Assembly (NCBI GenBank): GCA_001643675.2
Contig: LSRY02000017.1
Coordinates: 868,001 to 932,000, forward strand
DNA length: 64,000 nt
DNA from: Monocercomonoides exilis PA203
Lineage: Eukaryota > Protista > Preaxostyla
Reading direction: 5' to 3'
Shown: one piece after another, positions 33,621-46,730 of the stretch
Layout of the letters: each line of letters begins with the position of its first letter
How positions within the stretch are numbered: position 1 is the first letter of the stretch
Translations under genes and position numbers: made by a program
The notes under the pieces: model-generated
The model's database searches: none
Told to the model about the DNA's origin: nothing
Seen by the model: only the letters and a program-made list of their open reading frames with translations

Positions 33621-33898
33621 ATAGCTTTGAAACTTTGAACATTAATTTTGCATTGTCGATTTGAGATATTGCTTTGTTGAAGTGAATGCAATATTCATTT
33701 TTGCCTTGGCTCCTTTTGCTTTTGACTTTTTTAAAGATGATGATTTGTTGTGTTTATCTTTTTCGGGGATGATAATTTGATGGATTTTTTTGAACTCAAC
33801 GAAAGAAAATACTTAATAACTTTTAAACGAATAACCATATTTGTTTGCTATTAATTCTGAAAAAAATCAAATAAAAATTTTGTTGTATCTGCATTTGG

Positions 33899-36748
33899 TT
33901 AATATCGTTGCCCATAATCAATCCCCTCAGGATCAGAAGAAGTCAAATCATCTTCATTTCTTGTATTAACCTCACAAGCTTCCCTATCAAAATAGGAACT
34001 TAGAATATTTCTTGCTGTTTCTTTTATTCCTCTTCCGTGATGGCCCATGGCCAGATCCTCCAGCGCTTCAACTCCGCCCCATTCAGTCAATTTTCCGATT
34101 ATTATGTCAGTCCCTTTGTTGCTTTGCCCCTTTTCAGACGAAAATAGTTCATTGAGCAAACTTATGTTCGCAAGTTCCTGAGGAAATGCAGTTGTACTTG
34201 CTTCTTGAGAACTTGGTGAAGGTTGTGTCAAAACAGTAGGAAATGTGTTGCTAACTGTATTTGTCATTATATCTGGTGGTGATAGAATGATTGAAGAACT
34301 TGAAACATTCGAGCTTGACATCAAGTTTTCATCTTCTTTCGCTTCTATATCCATTCCGTAATTATGAATTCCATACTCACTTTCATTTTCATTTTTCCCT
34401 TTTTCTTTGCTTTCACCAACTTGCATATCAAGCTTCACATTCTCAACTATTCCAGGCAACTCTGAATACAATTTAAGAATGTTATCTAACGACTCCATCG
34501 CCAAATCGACTGACTCATAGTCCGCGTTTTTGAGGACTTCACAGATTGCAAACATCGCATTCGTCGACATTAGCAGGATAGCACCGGAATAGCTTTCGCT
34601 GATGTATTTCAGCATCCTCATCACATAATGTGTGCAGTCACTCTTCGCCTTGATTGTACGTTTGTAATAAAGATTGAGAATTGCAGATAAAACGCCACTG
34701 TCGAATAGCGCTTTGATCTAATTGAACAAAAATAAATTTACATATTAATGGAATGTTGAGAGAAAATGAATCATATTGTCGATAATTTAAATCATTTCAT
34801 CAAAGAAAATAATTAGAAATTAAAAAAATATTTGAAATATTTCAGAATAAAAAGAAAAAGAAAAGAAAACTCTAAAAGAGCGTATTACCTGTCTTTTAGT
34901 GCCTGCAGCGATGTTGGAGCAGATGAAACAAATCTCTTTTCGGATGCTTTCGGATTCTCTTTGAAGCAAACGAATTGCACTTTGCAAAAAGCCATTGTCA
35001 ATCAAATGCTGCAATTAATTAATGCATTAGTAAATTTTGTAAATATTGAAACAGAACAACATGTAAAAATAAACAACAAATAATATTGACATGAAAAGAA
35101 TAAAGTTTGTTTCAATAGTTAATTGCAAAATAAAAGTGCAGACTTGACAAGAATTTGAAGAGAATGCGGAAACGTTTCCAATTGCCTTTGACAAAGTCAG
35201 TTCGATCTGTGCAGAATTGCATTCGTTTAGATAACGGAACAAGGCTGGAAGATAATTATTAAACATGTCCTGTTGAAAAAATGTATGTTCAAATCAAAAG
35301 AAATCACAGAAAAAGAGATAATTCACAGAATAATTATCAGTTTTGAACAGAAATTGGAAATTATTTCAAACAGATATAACATGATTTATTGGTCACAAAA
35401 AAATAAAAAAATGAAAAAATGAAAAAATAATATCAAAGCTCATACAATAATTACTGTCGAATTATGATCCGATAGATTTTTCAGAGCCAAAGCAGCGTAA
35501 TTGCTAAGTTCAGAATCTCCCAAAGTTAAGCAGTCGATGATGATTGGCAAAGACCGATTAAGCAGCGATTCGACTTCTTCAATCCGGCGCTCGTATATCG
35601 GGATGTCTGCTTGTGCTAACAGAACACTACCAACGTCTGGAACGGGATGAGAAGATGGCTGAATTATTAAACCTGGCTCTGTGACTGAAGCAGAATCCAT
35701 TGCGTTTCTGATTGCTCTTGGATTGTAAAAGGTTGGAATACCTGAAGCTGGATCAAAAGTTACGCTTCCTCTATGTGCGGATCCATCTTCATCTCTTTCC
35801 ATTTCATCAAATGTTGCACCTTCTTTAGCATCTGTTGTTAGTGCTTTGCGCGAATGTTTATATTTTCTTTTTGAGTTTCGGCAAATCTGAGAGAGTGCAA
35901 ACATCGCTTTCTGCTTCAAAGATATGGAAGTTTCTGTGCTTCGGAGAAAATCAATTATTGGAATTACAACATCGAATTGAATGCAATAATTTCTATTCTC
36001 TGTTTTGTTAAAAGCAAGATTTCCCAAAAGCCAACATAACTGCAAAATAATAAAAAGTCACGAACATTAAATAGTAATACAGATTTATTTCGAATTATAC
36101 CAATTCTTGATTTTTGTTTGTTGTATTCATAAAAATTTTCGACATATACTCAAGACATCCTGAGTATAGAACAGCATTTGAGCAGGTTTCCAAAGAAGTA
36201 CTTGCTAAAAATAAAAACGAAATTCACTACGTTTAATAGTTGTTAAATAAGAAATCATACACATATTTAGAAGTATCCAAATAACTTCTTTTTGAAAAGA
36301 ATGATCGAAAGATGGATCTAAAAAGTGAATAATCTTATCTATGACGTTTTGCCGAACATATTGCATTGAAACAGATTGTATTTGTGAAGACATTTTTTGA
36401 GATGTTAATGGCTTCCGAAGTTCAACAAGTGAATTGAAGCAACTATTGACATCAGTAGATTTTAGCCCTTCAAGCAACGTTTCCAAGGTAAGTGGCTTTT
36501 TTTAATGGAAATAAATAAATAATCAACTTAACGTTCATAAAATAAATCCAACAAACATCAATCACATCCTTTTGCTCTTGTATATCTTTTCTTATTCGTT
36601 GGTCATTCAAAATATCATCTCTTTCATTTTGTCTCAATGCAAATAATGAACGATCAGTATTTGAAGAATATGTACTCACTTCGCTGGTGTTCAAAAATCG
36701 GTTAAATCGTAAATTTGCCCGAGCATTTACATCATTTTCGAAAGACAT
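33899..36748 (-). CDS. Divergent importin-alpha (karyopherin alpha, ARM repeats), multi-exon
   Basis: IBB-like ALRQNERDDILNDQR; ARM motifs FQKEVIWILLN, LCWLLGNLA, AIGNV, IRKEICFICSNIAAGT; C-terminal EWGGVEALEDL..H...A..IL..YF. Confidence 0.82.
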
Positions 36749-37867
36749 TCATTAATATTAATTAATTATTTTTATTAGATCGAATTTTCAATTCAAAAAG
36801 AAATTATCGATAAAGCATCAAACAATCTTGATAGTTCGAAAATAATTACAGTGATATGTCAACGTATATGTTTTTTAAATTTTGAGGTTTCTGTTTTTAT
36901 TTCTGATGAAATTCAGAATTCATTTTTATCTTCAAAAATTGATTGGTGTTTGCATAATTGTTTGTAAGTTTAGAACCTTGATATGAATCGAGAAGTTTCA
37001 CAATTTTTGATAACACAATGAATGGAGTAAAGAATAACAAAGGAAAAAAAATTGAAGTTTTCATTTCTTTCCAAAAGTCATTTCTTTTCCTTTATCAATT
37101 TTTGAACATAAAAATCCATCACATTTTGACATAGGTGTTTTTTCAAGTGCACATGCTTTTTTTCAAACAAAAATTTTTGGATAATTGAAGCCATAATAAA
37201 ATAATTTCTTTTTCAAATAAGTGTTCCTTTGGTCAATCGTGCAGAATGAGCTTGGAACATTGTATTAAATTAAAGGAACTAATTCCTGTAGATCCCTTTA
37301 GGCCAATAGGACAAAAATTTGAAGCTGGTGTGCTTGTTGCAAATTCTTTTTACTATTAACATTCATATTTATTTTGATAGAGATATCATCAAGTATTTTA
37401 CAACACGTAAATAACTTGCATGACTTTGAGTATTGCATAAAATCCATAAGATTTAAAGGATTTTCTGAGGTTTTGATGTGTATTATTTTCGTATTTGAAC
37501 TGTAATTGTTTGTGAAACTTCGAAGAATGCAATAATGACAGAAACAACAGAGCGTTCGACATGTGAAATAAAAGAGGTATTTGTTGTTAATATTTTATTT
37601 CGCAATTATTCTTATGAACACAACAGATTGTTGCTCATATTCAACTTTTCAAATCAAGTGAAATTTTGTTTCTCGCCGAGGCTGATGCAACTTTAAGTTC
37701 AAATAAATCTTCAAATATGAAGCTTTCTCGTTTTTCAGCATCGCGGTATATGATTCGCTTTCCTTTTTATCGTTACATCCAAAACATTTTTTAGCCTTTT
37801 AAACGCTATTTTTTCGAAGCTTCACATTGGCATTGTTGTTTTAGAAAAAATAGTTATTTTAGCATGT

Positions 37868-40693
37868 ATGCCTTCAACATCCGAGGACCCAGAAGTTATT
37901 CAAACATTAGTGTGCGAGAATGTTTCATCTTTTTGGGAGCAGCCAGAAGTCAGTCGTCAGATGAAAGAAATGCAACCTTTATCCAAACAGTCCCTTCATG
38001 AAAACTCGAGCACGCATCAATCGCGTTCAATGGAGGAATCTTTTGATGAGAAACCTAATTTCCAATTTAATGAAGACGCTCGGACTTGTTCAACGAATCG
38101 TCTGAGCTTTCATCAAAGTCCAAATTTAACTCCCACTTCTTTTCAATCTCGCTCTTGTTGTGGAGGCTCAGAGCTTCCTTCTTCAGCATTCAACTCTTCC
38201 TCGTTTTCATTCCAGGCGCCTTTTGCTTCGGAGCAGTCATTATCACTTTTACTGACACAGCAGAGCACACAAGCTCCTTCATCAAAAGCACAAATAGAAA
38301 ATTTAGTCACAGATGAAAGGTTGCCAAATGGTTCGATTAATTCTTCTCTATTGATTCCTTCTTCTGCTGCTCTTTCTGTGGGATATTCGTGGGGAAGTTT
38401 CATAACGCCTCCTCCTTCTCCTTCTTTATCTCCTTCACTATCCCCGTCACTTTCATTTTCACCTTCTCAGAAACAATTCTTCACTTCAACTGCAGCTGAT
38501 TCCACTTCCTTTATTTCCTCTTCAAATCAATTCACCTCACGACTTTCTCCTTCTCTCTTGCCTGAGGCGACATTTCCATCAAAGTCTGAATCGCCTTCGC
38601 TTTCGTCGTTTTATCCAATTGCAAACTATTCCAGTTCATTTTCATCTTCTTCGCCTCCTCTTCTTCTTTCTTCGAATTCGTCATCAACTTCTAATTCGTC
38701 TTCGCCTTCACCTTCTTCAATGTTCACTTCATCATCTTCCACTTCCATTTCACCTTTGGCTAATTTAAATGAACTTCCATCTTCTACGTCAGTCAAGAAC
38801 CCTTCAACAAGTCCGTCATATTTTTATCAACAACCTTCTTCAATTTCTGCCAGCTCCCCTTCAGAAAATGGATCTTCTACAGTCATCGAGAAAAGCATTG
38901 CTGAAGATGAATTGAACGAAGAGGAAGAATTAACAGACTCTTCGTTATTTGATGTGTTCCAATCGATTGACAGTTCCATCTCTTCTTCGTTCTCTAATTC
39001 ATCTCTGGCATCTTCATCTTCCTCTTCAACTTCTTCTTCTTCAACATCTTTCACCTCATTTTTACCGGACAAACCACTTCAACAAATGGACAATCAAACG
39101 AATAACAAAAATCCTTCGAGCCAAAAAAAGGCTTCTGTTTTTCTCAGTTCATTTTTGTCTCAATCTCCTGAATCTATTTTATCACCACTGAGTCCATCTT
39201 TATTCTCCGCTCCAAATAGCATCTCATCTTCTTCATTGTCATCCTCATCTTCCCCCTCTTCTTCGTCTTCTTCTCTTTCGATTGACTCCGCTTCAATGGA
39301 AAGCTCAATAGCCTTTTCTCAAAACACTTCAGATTTCCAAACTAGTTCAACAGATGTATTAAGCTGCAATGCATCTCAACAACAATCCGAGTTAGCCAAT
39401 TGCAGTATAGCAAATTCTTTTGTATCTGAATCAAATCAAATGGAAGAAGACGATGATAGAACAGTGATAGTACATGTGCAAGATCAAATTTTTCAACCAT
39501 CTCCTTCTTCTTTCTTTTCTCTTCCTCTTCAGAAGCAAGAAAGCTCCTTGAAAATGTTCAAGCCATTGTCTATTTTTTCATCACAGAATTCAACAAATCA
39601 ACAATCCACACAACTTCTACCAACAAGTTCAATATCTTCTACTTCCTCTTCAGCTTTTTCTTCTTCGTCGTCGTCGTCTTCTTCTTCTGAAGATAAAAGC
39701 TTGTTTATTCACAATTCATTCAAAACTGAACCAATTTCTCAAATATGCATACAACCAAATCAAAAACAGAATGGACAGATATCTTCTCTTCCCTTTGAAA
39801 AAAAACAAGACATTGAAAGCTTTTCATCTTTGCCTTCAACGTCAACTGTAAAATCTTCTACTGGTTCTGCAGACTCTTTCGTGTCTCAGTCTTTTCCTTT
39901 GTCAACTTCTTCTTCTTCTTCTTCTTCTTCACCGTCTCTTCCTCTTTCTTCATCAACTTCATTCAATCCTCCACCAGCGTCACAATTCATTCAGCCAAAA
40001 AGTGCGCTTCGCAAAAGCAATTTGTTTTCACTTTTCACTCCTTTTGAGACAAAAGAGTCATTTTCAAAGATGAAAGTGACATGGGGCGACGGAATGTCAG
40101 AATCCGCCAAGAAGTTCCGGTTTGATGTCTTTGGAAAGGAGAAAGAAGCACAAATGCTTGGATTTGTTCGGGGAACGTGTTTGCCACCTTCTTTGGATCA
40201 AAATACTCCAATGGTTAAGCCAAATGATGGATCTTCACGCAACTTAAGGGGAAATTATCCAATCAAGAGACAAAGTGATATTCAATTTCAATCTTACACT
40301 TCTTCTGCGATGTTGAATGACTCTGTTGCACCGCAGTTTTCTGCATTGTCTGCTTCTTCTCCTTCGTTGTTTGACACATCAAAGTTGGCAATCAGCCAGT
40401 ACGGTTTGAAGGGGAATTCTTCTCAAATGTTTCTTCAACAGCCCATCGGATCCCTTGGAACAAGCGCTTCACAGAATCAATCATCATCAACATTCAGTCA
40501 TTCGAACGAACTTAGCTCTCAGATTAACTCTGACCCTGCCATCCAATCTCGCTCCTTGCCCCCTGTTTCATTTTCGACTGGATCATTTACAACTCCACAG
40601 CACAAAACACATTCGCTGCATGAAAGTGAAGATGATTGGGACAGACTTTTTAGAGAAGCACAGCAGTCTATCAGTTTTACCAAAACGTCATAG
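37868..40693 (+). CDS. Hypothetical Ser-rich protein (large terminal exon; probable small upstream exons from ~37246)
   Basis: 941-aa ORF; upstream short coding blocks bounded by GT/AG at 37246-37745 whose splicing I could not resolve unambiguously. Confidence 0.65.
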   Translation: MPSTSEDPEVIQTLVCENVSSFWEQPEVSRQMKEMQPLSKQSLHENSSTHQSRSMEESFDEKPNFQFNEDARTCSTNRLSFHQSPNLTPTSFQSRSCCGGSELPSSAFNSSSFSFQAPFASEQSLSLLLTQQSTQAPSSKAQIENLVTDERLPNGSINSSLLIPSSAALSVGYSWGSFITPPPSPSLSPSLSPSLSFSPSQKQFFTSTAADSTSFISSSNQFTSRLSPSLLPEATFPSKSESPSLSSFYPIANYSSSFSSSSPPLLLSSNSSSTSNSSSPSPSSMFTSSSSTSISPLANLNELPSSTSVKNPSTSPSYFYQQPSSISASSPSENGSSTVIEKSIAEDELNEEEELTDSSLFDVFQSIDSSISSSFSNSSLASSSSSSTSSSSTSFTSFLPDKPLQQMDNQTNNKNPSSQKKASVFLSSFLSQSPESILSPLSPSLFSAPNSISSSSLSSSSSPSSSSSSLSIDSASMESSIAFSQNTSDFQTSSTDVLSCNASQQQSELANCSIANSFVSESNQMEEDDDRTVIVHVQDQIFQPSPSSFFSLPLQKQESSLKMFKPLSIFSSQNSTNQQSTQLLPTSSISSTSSSAFSSSSSSSSSSEDKSLFIHNSFKTEPISQICIQPNQKQNGQISSLPFEKKQDIESFSSLPSTSTVKSSTGSADSFVSQSFPLSTSSSSSSSSPSLPLSSSTSFNPPPASQFIQPKSALRKSNLFSLFTPFETKESFSKMKVTWGDGMSESAKKFRFDVFGKEKEAQMLGFVRGTCLPPSLDQNTPMVKPNDGSSRNLRGNYPIKRQSDIQFQSYTSSAMLNDSVAPQFSALSASSPSLFDTSKLAISQYGLKGNSSQMFLQQPIGSLGTSASQNQSSSTFSHSNELSSQINSDPAIQSRSLPPVSFSTGSFTTPQHKTHSLHESEDDWDRLFREAQQSISFTKTS

Positions 40694-41472
40694 TGTATTT
40701 TTTTATTTATTTATTTTTTTGGTATTTTATTATTGTTGTTTGTAGAAATTTCATATTTTTGTTTGAATGAATTATTTTGAATGTTTGATTCGTGTGTTTA
40801 ATTTTGATATTTTTATCAATTTAATTTTTGGAAATATTCAATAGGAAATAAATATTAAACATTGTTCAATTTTGTTTTTTTAACCTAATAAGTTTGTGAA
40901 ATTTGTTTGCTTTAAAGAATGCGTTAAACTGACATCTGATGCAAGTGATTGAATATTTCTCTGAATTGCATACAACTAAAACTGATTACATGTTATTTAA
41001 ATGTCCTTTTAATGAAATGTGAATTTCTTGTCTTTTCGTTCAATAGTTGATTAACAAGCTCCAGTTGTTTTATTCATTCAACTTTAAAACAAAACTAGCT
41101 ATCAAAACAATTGTGGAGGAAAAAACTTATTTGTGGGTAAATAAAAAGGATATTCCTTATTTAACATGGCTACTTCCAAAATAAATAAGACAATAAAATA
41201 ATCAAGCGATATGAGCACAAAAGAATCATATTCAAATACAAACAACATAAAAAATCTTTAACTTCTAAAGATTCCAAAGAAATGAAATGTGATATGAAAT
41301 GTTTGTTTTGTCTGTCTAACTTGTCAAGGAATTGGCAATACAGCTGATATTTTAATTATCAGAGAAATATTCTTGGTGATCATGAAAATATAAACATTTC
41401 TGTTTCGTTTTAAACTTTAACTTTGTTGAAGCAACTGTTCGTTATTCTTACATTCACCTTTTTTCAGTTTAT

Positions 41473-41556
<84 letters not shown>

Positions 41557-41557
41557 T
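41473..41557. repeat. (CT)n/(TTTC)n microsatellite
   Basis: Direct inspection. Confidence 0.9.
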
Positions 41558-41660
41558 ATATTTTCAGTTGATTGATTAGAAGTTGCTTGCTCTTCATTCT
41601 CAAAATCAAATTTTTCTTTCAAAATGTCCCTTTGTATGCTTATCATATTTATTTTTATGT

Positions 41661-44036
41661 TTAACTTCTTTCCTCCTCTTTAACTTCATTCTCTTTCTTC
41701 TCCTCTTTCTCTTCTTTCTCCTCTTTCTCTTCTTTCTCCTCCTTTTCCTCCTTTTCCTCCTTTTCCTCCTTTTCCTCCTTTTCCTCCTTTTCTTCTTTAC
41801 CTTTTTCTTTCTCTTCTTCCATAGCTTTTTCTTCTCCTTCTTCTTTCTCTTCTTCTTTTTTCTTTTCCTCATTCTCCTCTTCTTTCTTTTGTTCCTCCTT
41901 CTTATCTTCTTTCTCTCCTTCTACTACTTTTTCCTCTTCATCTTTTTCCTCTTCATCTTTTTCCTCCTTCTTCTCCTCTTCTTCTTCTTTATCCTTCTCT
42001 TCTTTATCTTCTTTATCCTCTTTATCCTCCTTCTCTTTATCCTTCTCTTTCTTCTCCTCTTTTTCTTCTTTCGTTTCCTCTTCTTTTTCCTCTTCCATCT
42101 CCTCCTTCTCTTCTTTCTTTTCATTCACTTTATTTTCTTTCTCCATCTTCTCGTTATCATTCTCTTCTTTCTCTAAATCTTCGCTTTCTTCTTTCTCTTC
42201 TTCTTTCTCTTCTTCTTTCTCTTCTTCTTTCTCCTTCTCTTCCTCCTTCTCTTCCTCCTTCTCTTCCTCCTTCTCTTCCTCCTTCTCTTCCTCCTTCTCT
42301 TCCTCCTTCTCTTCCTCTTCCGTTTCTTCATCCTTTGGTGGCCTTTTGACAGAAGGAGGAGGCTGTGTGGACTTAACTGCATTTTGTTCGTTTTCATTGC
42401 TTTCTTCTCCTCCTCCTCTTTTTTCTTTTTCTTTTTCTTCTTCATTCAGAGGCTCCATCTCAACCATCTCCACGCGCTTTGCCTTGTCAAGTTGTTTCTC
42501 GCTCCGCTTTTCTTCTTCAATTGCCGTTCTTCTTTCTTCTTTCTCCTCTTTGATTTCTCTCTCTCTTCGCTCTTCTTCGCTTTCTGCCGCCCTCTTCTTT
42601 TTCAGTTTTTCGTCAATCTTCTTCTTTTCTTTGGCGTATTTCCGCATCTGCGCTTCATTCTTCCTCCTTGCTTTCCGCGATCTTCTTTCCATTATGTGAT
42701 CGTACGTTGTTATGTGCTTGATGTCTGAATAGCAGATCATTGGAGTTTGTGATAAAAAGTGAAATAATTATCATAAATAATTAACGAATGAATGAAATAA
42801 ATCATTTAATAGATAGATAGATAGATAGATAGATAGAAAAATATTTAGATAAAAGGTAGTTTTTAATGATTTGTTGAATGGAAATAACAATTTTCGATAT
42901 TCACGAATTCCTTTTAGAGAAAAATAAAACAAATGGTAGCATACTAATAATGATGTGGAATATTAACAGATATGTTATAAAGCCCAGCGCAGGGCTTGCA
43001 ATAAGGAGAGATAATACAAGCAATATTGTGTTTGCAATAACTGTCAGCATCCAGTGATGAATAGAAGTTGAAGCAGAGAGAAGTAATATTCAAAGAAATT
43101 GTTGAAAAATATATGAAAAAATTAATGAAAGAAAGAAAGAATTGTGAATATTGATACCTGGAAGAAACATCATTAAATTTTCTTTATATATAAATCCAAA
43201 TACAATTCCAACTATCCCGCTCACAAGTTCAAAGGAAAACACAACAAAAAATGAAAGCAGAAATGTTATGAAAAGTCTCAAAAAGTCAGGAACGTGAATA
43301 ATTGTGTAAGTGTGAGCATGAGAAAAGATATATATATGGATATTTATAGAAATTTTGGATATAAATTTTTCATATTCAGTGCACGAACAATTAATTTAAG
43401 AAAATTTTAAACCTGTAATTTCGATGACCCACACAATTATTGATCCACACGCAATGATGATCAAATTCGTCAACGCATCGACAACAGTAATGGCAATGTT
43501 TCGTATTTGGAGAACTGAAAAAATTCTTGCTCACAGAATTCAAATTCATAAAAAAAAGTCAAACACATATGAAACGCAAAAAATGCAATAACGCAGATTT
43601 GGATCATCTCGTCTTGGGTCATTTGCATAATCGTATCTTCCAGCTGTCATATTTGGATCGTAAATATGAGGATCCGTTGGATCACTTTTTGCAGTCATTA
43701 GTGCGATGATAAGTCCAATAATGACCAGAACAATATATATCTGTTGTTATAAAATTATTGAATAATCGAATGTATGAAGAAGAATGCAAAATTATTCCCA
43801 AAAAATATTCAGCATACAGAAATGAGAATGCAAAATGGAACGAGTGTGAATGAAAAAGGACCCGATAGCACGAATAAAATAAAATTAATTGGAAAAAGAA
43901 TCCAAGTTAAGACTTGCTGAGGACAAAATGGTCTCTGTAATCCATGTGTTCGCCTATCCAACCCTGTTGCATGCCCATGAAAATCTATACATGGGACTTT
44001 AATGTGTACAGGCGAAGAATTTGCATTCTTAGCCAT
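41661..44036 (-). CDS. DHHC palmitoyltransferase (ZDHHC1/11-like N-terminus) with a long Glu/Lys-rich tail, multi-exon
   Basis: Exon 43514-43413 reads [33 protein letters not shown]; [18 protein letters not shown] at the N-terminus; TM exons; HITTYD motif. Confidence 0.92.
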
Positions 44037-44099
44037 TTTTTAAATTCAAAGTTTCATAATGGGCATTCATTTATTAAAGTAATATGGTGTAGAGATCAA

Positions 44100-45253
44100 A
44101 TGTCGCATCGTCTTTTCCGCAATAGAAAGCCAAAAGAATATACTAAAACACTTCAGTTTTCTAAAGATGCACTTTTAAAAGCAGAAGGTCTCTTAAATTT
44201 ATTTGATTGATTCTTTTATCATTGTATCGAAAAAACAAATTTTCATTTTTGTTGTAAATTTGAATGCGTATGATGGTCATGAAGAACGAGCTAAAGGAGC
44301 TATAAATCTTTTATATTCAAAAGTTTCCGAATTAACAGTTCTTATAGATGTTTGATTCATTCGAAATAAAGCACAAGTGTTGATTTTAAATTTTTCAATT
44401 CAGAGTTTTGAATCAAAAAAGGATGACGTATCAAAAGATTGTATTTTCCCAACACCTGCACCATATGAAAAGCCAAGGAGTTCCGTTATGCCGATGAACA
44501 AGGTTTTTCTTCGCAATTTTTTTCATTTTAAATCAATCATAAATTTGTAAATTAAGACTCTTATTGAAATGCAAGATATTTTATATCAGCAATGTCGCGA
44601 TTACTTCGAAATTTATGCTGCATTGAAGATATGGATACAATTACGGATACCGTCTGTTGAATCAGTTTGTTTATTTTCATGTTGATTTTATTTTAATATT
44701 GTATTATTTTTAATCATATGATTTTTCATCCTCAGGGAATGTCATTTGATGTGAGCGTACAGACAGAATTATCAGGGGAAATTGAAAAATTTGAAGACGG
44801 TGTTTTTGAAATGGAAAAATCTTTGCAAGGATTTGACGAAGAACGGATGAGAATTTTGGAGAAGGTTTAAACCGTTTTTAAATTGTAATTTTTAGTTATT
44901 TATATATTCTTCTTTATTTTAATGTCTTGTTCTTTGCTGATGTACGTGTTGAACTTTTAAATTTTTATTAGATTGTTCATTATCCCACAATTATGAGTTA
45001 TCGAAAGGAACTTCAACAAAATGATTCATCTCAATACATATCTTCTTGCCTGCTTCTTTTCTCATTAAGAAATGATACTGCTTTTTGCATAGACCTTCTT
45101 TCAAAAAATAAGAAAAGATTAGGAAAGCCGTTAGATGCGGAAGTGTCTTCGAAAAAGAATACTCCAATTGCTTCTCCTTCTCCATCTCCAGATCACCTAA
45201 TGACTGAAGTAGAAATTAATGCTGATGATGATGGAATAGCAGGAATGTATTGA
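44100..45253 (+). CDS. Proteasome activator PA28/11S REG (PSME-like), multi-exon
   Basis: Spliced LKIWIQLRIPSVES-GMSFDVSVQTE...RILEK-IVHYPTIMSYR...LRND..DLLSKNKKRLGKP...GMY follows the PA28 pattern WIQL.IP.IEDGNNFGV...K.P...DYR...LRN...D...KN..K...P...Y. Confidence 0.82.
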
Positions 45254-45946
45254 AAGGAGTATTGCATTCACTATCATTTTGCAAAATACTGTTCTTTTTC
45301 ATTCATTTCACGTATTTTCTTAAATGATTAACACTTCATTGTTGAACATTATAGAAACTCTCTGTATTCATTATTTTCTTGAAATCAGATGAAGATTTTG
45401 TAGATAACAGCATCCAATCAAAATGGAAGCGGATAGCCTTTCATTGAGATAATGCAGTTTATGATTACTGGTCAAAGTCTCTCAAATTCTGTTTTCTGTC
45501 TATTTATCAAATGTTGTGATGTCAAATACAATGGATTATTTGTTTTAAATTCTAAAATTTTGAAAAAACTTGTTTTTTTCATTTTTGTTTTTTATCTTGG
45601 TGATTATTTTTTAAAACACATTTTTTCTGTTTTATATTGTATTTGAAATTTTATTTTGCATTCTTGAAAACGAACATTGAAAATTGATAAGATCATTAAC
45701 AAATAATTGCCATGAATGTATCTTTTCCGTTTGCTTTAGTAATAATTGCAATTCATTTAATATGAAAATGATAATATTCAAGCCTTTAACAAAAGATAAT
45801 TAAGAATTAAACACACAAAAAAAAGGTCATTATTGCATATATAATCACCCATCATGAAAGCCCGTTTGTGTAAAATGAACAAGATTTTATTCATAAATGA
45901 TTCGTCTGAATCCATTTTCGAAAATGGATTTTAACAATTCACATTT

Positions 45947-46151
45947 GGCTGATCCTTTTTGAAATCATACTTTCGTTCGAGTTTTGATCAAAAAATTTTT
46001 CTTAAAGGGATTCTAAAAAAATTAACTTCAACTGCTAATACATGTTGTTCATGATGTTGTTATTGCAGAAACAAATTTTTTCAAAAATCCCATTGAGGTA
46101 GAGATTTTGATCAAAACTCGAACGAAAGCATGATTTCAAAAAGGATCAGCC
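45947..46151. mobile_element. MITE family A copy (205 bp, ~47-bp TIR, TSD ATTT)
   Basis: ATTT|GGCTGATCCTTTTTGAAATCATACTTTCGTTCGAGTTTTGATCAAAA ... TTTTGATCAAAACTCGAACGAAAGCATGATTTCAAAAAGGATCAGCC|ATTT. Confidence 0.9.
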
Positions 46152-46420
46152 ATTTATTTTGCATTAGTTTTTTCTTTTCTTTTCTTTCTTTCTTTCTATT
46201 TTTGATTCAATGTGATAAACCAGATTTGTTATTCGTGAATAATCCTCAAAGGTTAAAGCATCAATTCTGTCTCTCGATAAATATAAATTTAAATCCTTCT
46301 CATTGCTATCTTAATTTCAACTTTTTGTTCAACTTTTTCATTATTAAAGAGAATGTGACAGCTTTTTTATTCTCACACACACATTAAATATTAGTCATTA
46401 CCATTTATGAATAGTCATAT

Positions 46421-46686
46421 GGGGGGAAATACGGACTTTCAATCTTTTTTTGCACAAAGTATTGAAAAATTGCTTCGCTCATAACTTTATTTCGCTTTCT
46501 CTGATTTCAAATTTTATAAGATTTTCTTTCGGAAAACATGTATCGTTGAAATCATAACATGGAGTTTTGTATCATTCCGCGTATGTCAAAAAATGGACCC
46601 ATTTTTATTGTGTTTTTTGTTTTCAAAAAGTCAAAGAAAGTGCATCATTTTTTTATGAAATTACCTGAAGTGAAATATTTTGTCCC
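46421..46686. mobile_element. MITE family B, copy 3 (266 bp, inverted relative to copies 1 and 2, TSD ATAT)
   Basis: ATAT|GGGGGGAAATACGGACTTTC...CCTGAAGTGAAATATTTTGTCCC|ATAT. Confidence 0.88.
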
Positions 46687-46730
46687 ATATGTCTATATTT
46701 AAAAAATATTTTCCTTTCTTTTTCTTTTCA

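Noticed and set aside
46412-46695. Family B as a TA-TSD (Tc1/Stowaway-type) MITE with CATATGGG ends
   Set aside because: Copy 2 is flanked by ATAA/ATAA, so the tetramer is the TSD and the element starts at GGG
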